Shown: positions 61,327-64,000 of the stretch, piece by piece
Layout of the letters: each line of letters starts with the position of its first letter
Position numbering within the stretch: position 1 is the first letter of the stretch
Origin: Heterodontus francisci
Taxonomy: Eukaryota
Assembly (NCBI RefSeq): GCF_036365525.1
Contig: NC_090411.1
Location: forward strand, 26,920,819-26,984,818
Direction of reading: 5' to 3'
Length of the DNA stretch: 64,000 nt
Translations under genes and position numbers: made by a program
The notes under the pieces: model-generated
The model's input: only the letters and a program-made list of their open reading frames with translations
What the model was told of the DNA's origin: nothing
Database searches by the model: none

Positions 61327-61626
61327 TTAAGCCTGGCTCGGGTATAAAATTAAAACCAAACCCTATCCGACCACAACCAACACGAGACCGAGCCCTTTAA
61401 TTTTTTTTCATGCCCGACCCGACACAAATCCCGTTCATCCATTCTGGCAGCAGGCTATTGCTGCAGCTGGAGTTGTGGGGATTCATGGGTAAGCCTGATG
61501 CCGTGACTTACCCGCAGCAGTGTCCAGTCCGACTTGACCCGAGCCCAAATGCTGGACTCGCAATTTCGACCTGAACCCGACATGTAGTCAGGTCTAGTCG
61601 GGTTCAGGTCAGGTAGCCAGGCTTTA
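61327..61626. mobile_element. 300-bp hAT-type MITE with 8-bp TSD
   Basis: TSD CTATGCAG at 61319-61326 and 61627-61634. TIRs TTAAGCCTGGCT and AGCCAGGCTTTA (11/12). Many internal ACCCGA/CCCGAC motifs. Confidence 0.8.
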
Positions 61627-62904
61627 CTATGCAGTTTAGTTTCACAAGTGGATTGGTGGAAGTATAGAGTAGGTTGTCCACCTGCCATCTTGACTGGAGA
61701 TGGTGCATCATACACTAAGCCCCCAGGAGAGAGAGAATAGCAGTGAAGATTTAGGGCAGCAAAGCAGGCTTGAGACAAAGAGAACCAACATTTCTTTGGT
61801 TCTTTGTTTTGTTGCTCGCTTCTTCCTGAAGGACTTAATCATGCTGTAGTTCCTCAGCTGCCTTGCTCAAGTAGCCATCCTTTGTTAACTGAAGACAGAT
61901 TTTTTTTTAATCTGATGATTAAGCCTGCTAAGGTGTTACAGCTAAAGCCTTATTCTATGTGTGTCTAACGTATCACATACAATTCTGTATCCCACCCATA
62001 CGCCTGTTTAAAATTGGGAACAGTGCGCACAAACCCCAGGTTCTTTGTGTTACTGTGCAGTGTGGTGGTAGTATGCCACCTCACAACGCACCACTCTGAG
62101 GACTTGTAGTAGGCTGTGAGCTGGGAATCGGGATTGCAGTCGGCACGTTGTCACTGAGGAGCATCCAAATGACTGATGTGGGATTGAGACATTGAAAAGG
62201 GAGCGGGATGAATTAATCAGGATTATGAATCCGGGAAAGCAACATTTTCATTATTCTGACACGTGTTTGGTTACTGGCTTGACACTTGCTGAGTTTTTGC
62301 TTGGCAACAAACAATGGCAGATGTTTTGTGGTTAAATATTAACCCATCATGAAAGGTTATTGTTTGTGTCGACGTGTGCATTTTTATTATCTCTCGTTCT
62401 CAGGTCACTTAAAATAGGATGACATGTCTTGAACTTTGACAGTGTTATACCGACGCAGCGAATGCCATGAGCTGAAGGAAAACAATTACTGTCTGTTTAG
62501 TTTTGTATTTCCTGATGAGTGCCCTGTGCTTACAAGATGCATATCATCGTATTACTGCGTCAGCGCAGTATAATGCTTCCAATTAGAGACTCTGGTTTTA
62601 ATGAAATAAACATCAGAAGGCATGCATAAAACGTAGTCTTTACAATTAAAATTCCTTTATCATAATGAGAAGTTTTTAGCTTGCTGTAGGTTTTAAAGTT
62701 CTTTAATGAATTAGGAAAACCTTTGAACTGTTCAGACCTCTGCCATTTTACAATAAAATTGACTATGGCTGCAAAACAAGTCCATTTCAGAATTATTTTA
62801 GTAATCATAACCTCTTGAACCCTGTCTGTACTAATATTTGTTTCAATATTAACCGCAAAAGAAATGTAAACTCCAATCGACTAAGACAAGCTCCAATTCG
62901 TAGG

Positions 62905-64000
62905 ATCATAGGAAATAGCAAGAGTAGGCTATTCGGCCCGTCGTGCCTGCTCTGCCATTCAAACAGATCATGGTTGATCATCTACCTCTACATCATTTTC
63001 CCCACTATTCCCAAATCCCTTGAAGTCATTAGTATCCAGCAAGCTATCGATTTCTGTCTTGGACATGCTCAATGATTGAGCTTCCACAGCCCTCAGGGGT
63101 AGAGAATTCCACAGATTCACCACCCTCTGAGTAAAGAAATTTCTCCTCATCTCAGTCTCAAATGGCCTGCCCCTTAGTCTGAGACTGTTCTAGACTCACC
63201 CGCCAGAGGAAACATCCTATCCACATCAACCCTGTCACTCCCTGTAAGAATTTTGTAAGTTTCAATGAGATCACCTCTCATTCTTCAAAACTCTATAAGA
63301 ATACAGGCCCAGTTTCTGCAGTCTCTACTCATAAGTCCTGCCTCCCCAGGGATTAGTCTGGTGAACCTCTACTGCACTCCCTCTATGGCAAGTATATCCT
63401 TCCTTAAATAAGGAGACAAAACTGTACACAATGCTGCAGGTGCAGTCTTACCAAGGCTTTATACAATTGCAGCAATAGGTCTTTACTCCTGTAATCAAAT
63501 CCCCTTGCAGTAAAGGCCAACATACCGTTTGCCTTCTTACTATCTTGCTGCACCTGCATACTAGCGTTTAGTGACTCACGAACAACACCCTGGTCTCTTT
63601 GGACATCGATGCTTCGTAACTTCTCACCATTGAAGAAATACTCTGCCTTTCTGGTTTTTTTCTACTAAAGTGGATCACTTCACACTTATTCACAATATAT
63701 TCTATCTGCCATGTTCTTGCCCATTCACTTAGCCTGTCCAAATCCCCTTGGAGCCTCCTTGCATCCTCCTCCTCAGTTTACACACCCTCCTAGTTTTGTG
63801 TCATCTGCAAATTTGTAAATATTACAATTGGTCACATATCCAAATCATTTATATGGAATGTTAACAGCTGGTGGCCCAAGCAGTGATCCATGCGTGTCCC
63901 ACTAGTAACAGCCTGCCATCCTGAGAATGGCCCTTTTGTCCCTACTCTCTGCTTCTGTCTGTTAACCAATTCTCAATCCATTGTAGTATATTCGCCCGTG
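62905..64000 (-). mobile_element. CR1 LINE 3' fragment running off the window
   Basis: MRRNFFTQRVVNLWNSLPLRAVEAQSLS. Reverse complement of TTTGCAGATGACACAAAA (FADDTK) at ~63794-63811. Confidence 0.9.

Noticed and set aside
62200-62620. Possible conserved enhancer (RFX/SOX-like CTTGGCAACAAACAATGG)
   Set aside because: Short motif matches alone are not evidence, and conservation cannot be assessed without alignments.

Overview
This is vertebrate genomic DNA, most likely from a shark or other elasmobranch (inferred from HE1/V-type SINEs, Deu-domain SINEs and the CR1/L2/Penelope repeat mix). The + strand carries a complete HSPBP1 gene (CpG promoter near 2.3 kb, 7 coding exons at 6625-19388, 325 aa) and the 5' part of PPP6R1 (CpG promoter at about 27.7-28.2 kb, coding exons 43870-44096 and 58836-59022). 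This is the same gene order as human 19q13.42. Between them, on the - strand and head-to-head with the PPP6R1 promoter, is an intact single-exon 666-aa CGGBP1-like hAT transposase ORF. It still has relic TIRs but no TSD, has lost the first catalytic Asp and the TRW motif, and carries an internal 73-aa tandem duplication of the CGGBP1-like DNA-binding segment. It is the best candidate here for an undescribed domesticated gene. Other notable items: a young 5'-truncated RTE LINE with a perfect 72-bp TSD; an RTE inserted in frame into the FADD motif of a CR1; Penelope-derived repeats carrying minimal hammerhead-ribozyme motifs, including ~100-bp solo insertions with TSDs; and a 518-bp CpG-rich element with asymmetric ends and a CTCF-like site. 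All calls were made by eye. Exon and TSD coordinates were counted from the sequence; old repeat boundaries are approximate.
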